A DNA stretch of 63,932 nt, the filler included, from Octopus bimaculoides (taxonomy: Eukaryota): NCBI RefSeq assembly GCF_001194135.2. It is 8 parts of 5 records of this genome, joined end to end, with 100 filler letters (N's around TTAATTAATTAA, not from the genome) between each part and the next. Parts side by side here need not be neighbours in the genome. Positions count along the whole stretch, not along the records: positions 62,779 to 63,932 come from NC_068988.1; 7 more parts are not named here. The stretch is one strand, 5' to 3'. The position numbers and the translations under genes were made by a program. Within the stretch, counting starts at the first letter, position 1. Each line of letters begins with the position of its first letter. Positions 63,873 to 63,932 of this stretch are shown here, piece after piece. The notes beneath the pieces are model-generated. The model worked only from the letters and a program-made list of their open reading frames with translations. It was not told the origin of the DNA and searched no databases.

Positions 63873-63932
63873 TCCCCTTCTCTCCCTATATATATATATA
63901 TATGTTATAATTTAGAACAAACAGTATGTTGT

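Overview
AT-rich, gap-riddled eukaryotic DNA dominated by microsatellites and transposon debris. The SINE families and repeat content look like an Octopus (cephalopod) draft assembly; this is an inference, not a database match. I can support no intact host protein-coding gene, rRNA, functional tRNA or CRISPR array, and most ORF-track entries are microsatellite read-throughs. Recognisable content: many degraded R4/Dong-like non-LTR fragments; two Penelope-like (PLE) RT remnants, one with a GIY-YIG domain; CRE-like, RTE, Tx1/L1-like and Gypsy remnants; three diverged copies of a gag-like ORF1 with no adjacent ORF2; four tRNA-derived SINE families (my labels A-D); hAT-, piggyBac- and mariner-type DNA elements; and many inverted repeats. 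Highlights: (i) a tRNA-headed SINE-like element whose tail carries a minimal PLE-type hammerhead ribozyme, inserted head-to-head with an inverted copy (17.67-18.09 kb); (ii) a second hammerhead family with a non-canonical CUGUUGA core (30.2 kb and 20.4 kb); (iii) a ~170-bp-arm hairpin whose inner mismatches are all G-U wobbles on one strand (28 kb); (iv) a SINE flanked by a ~120-bp target duplication (23 kb). All alignments were done by eye; element boundaries are approximate unless exact motifs are quoted.
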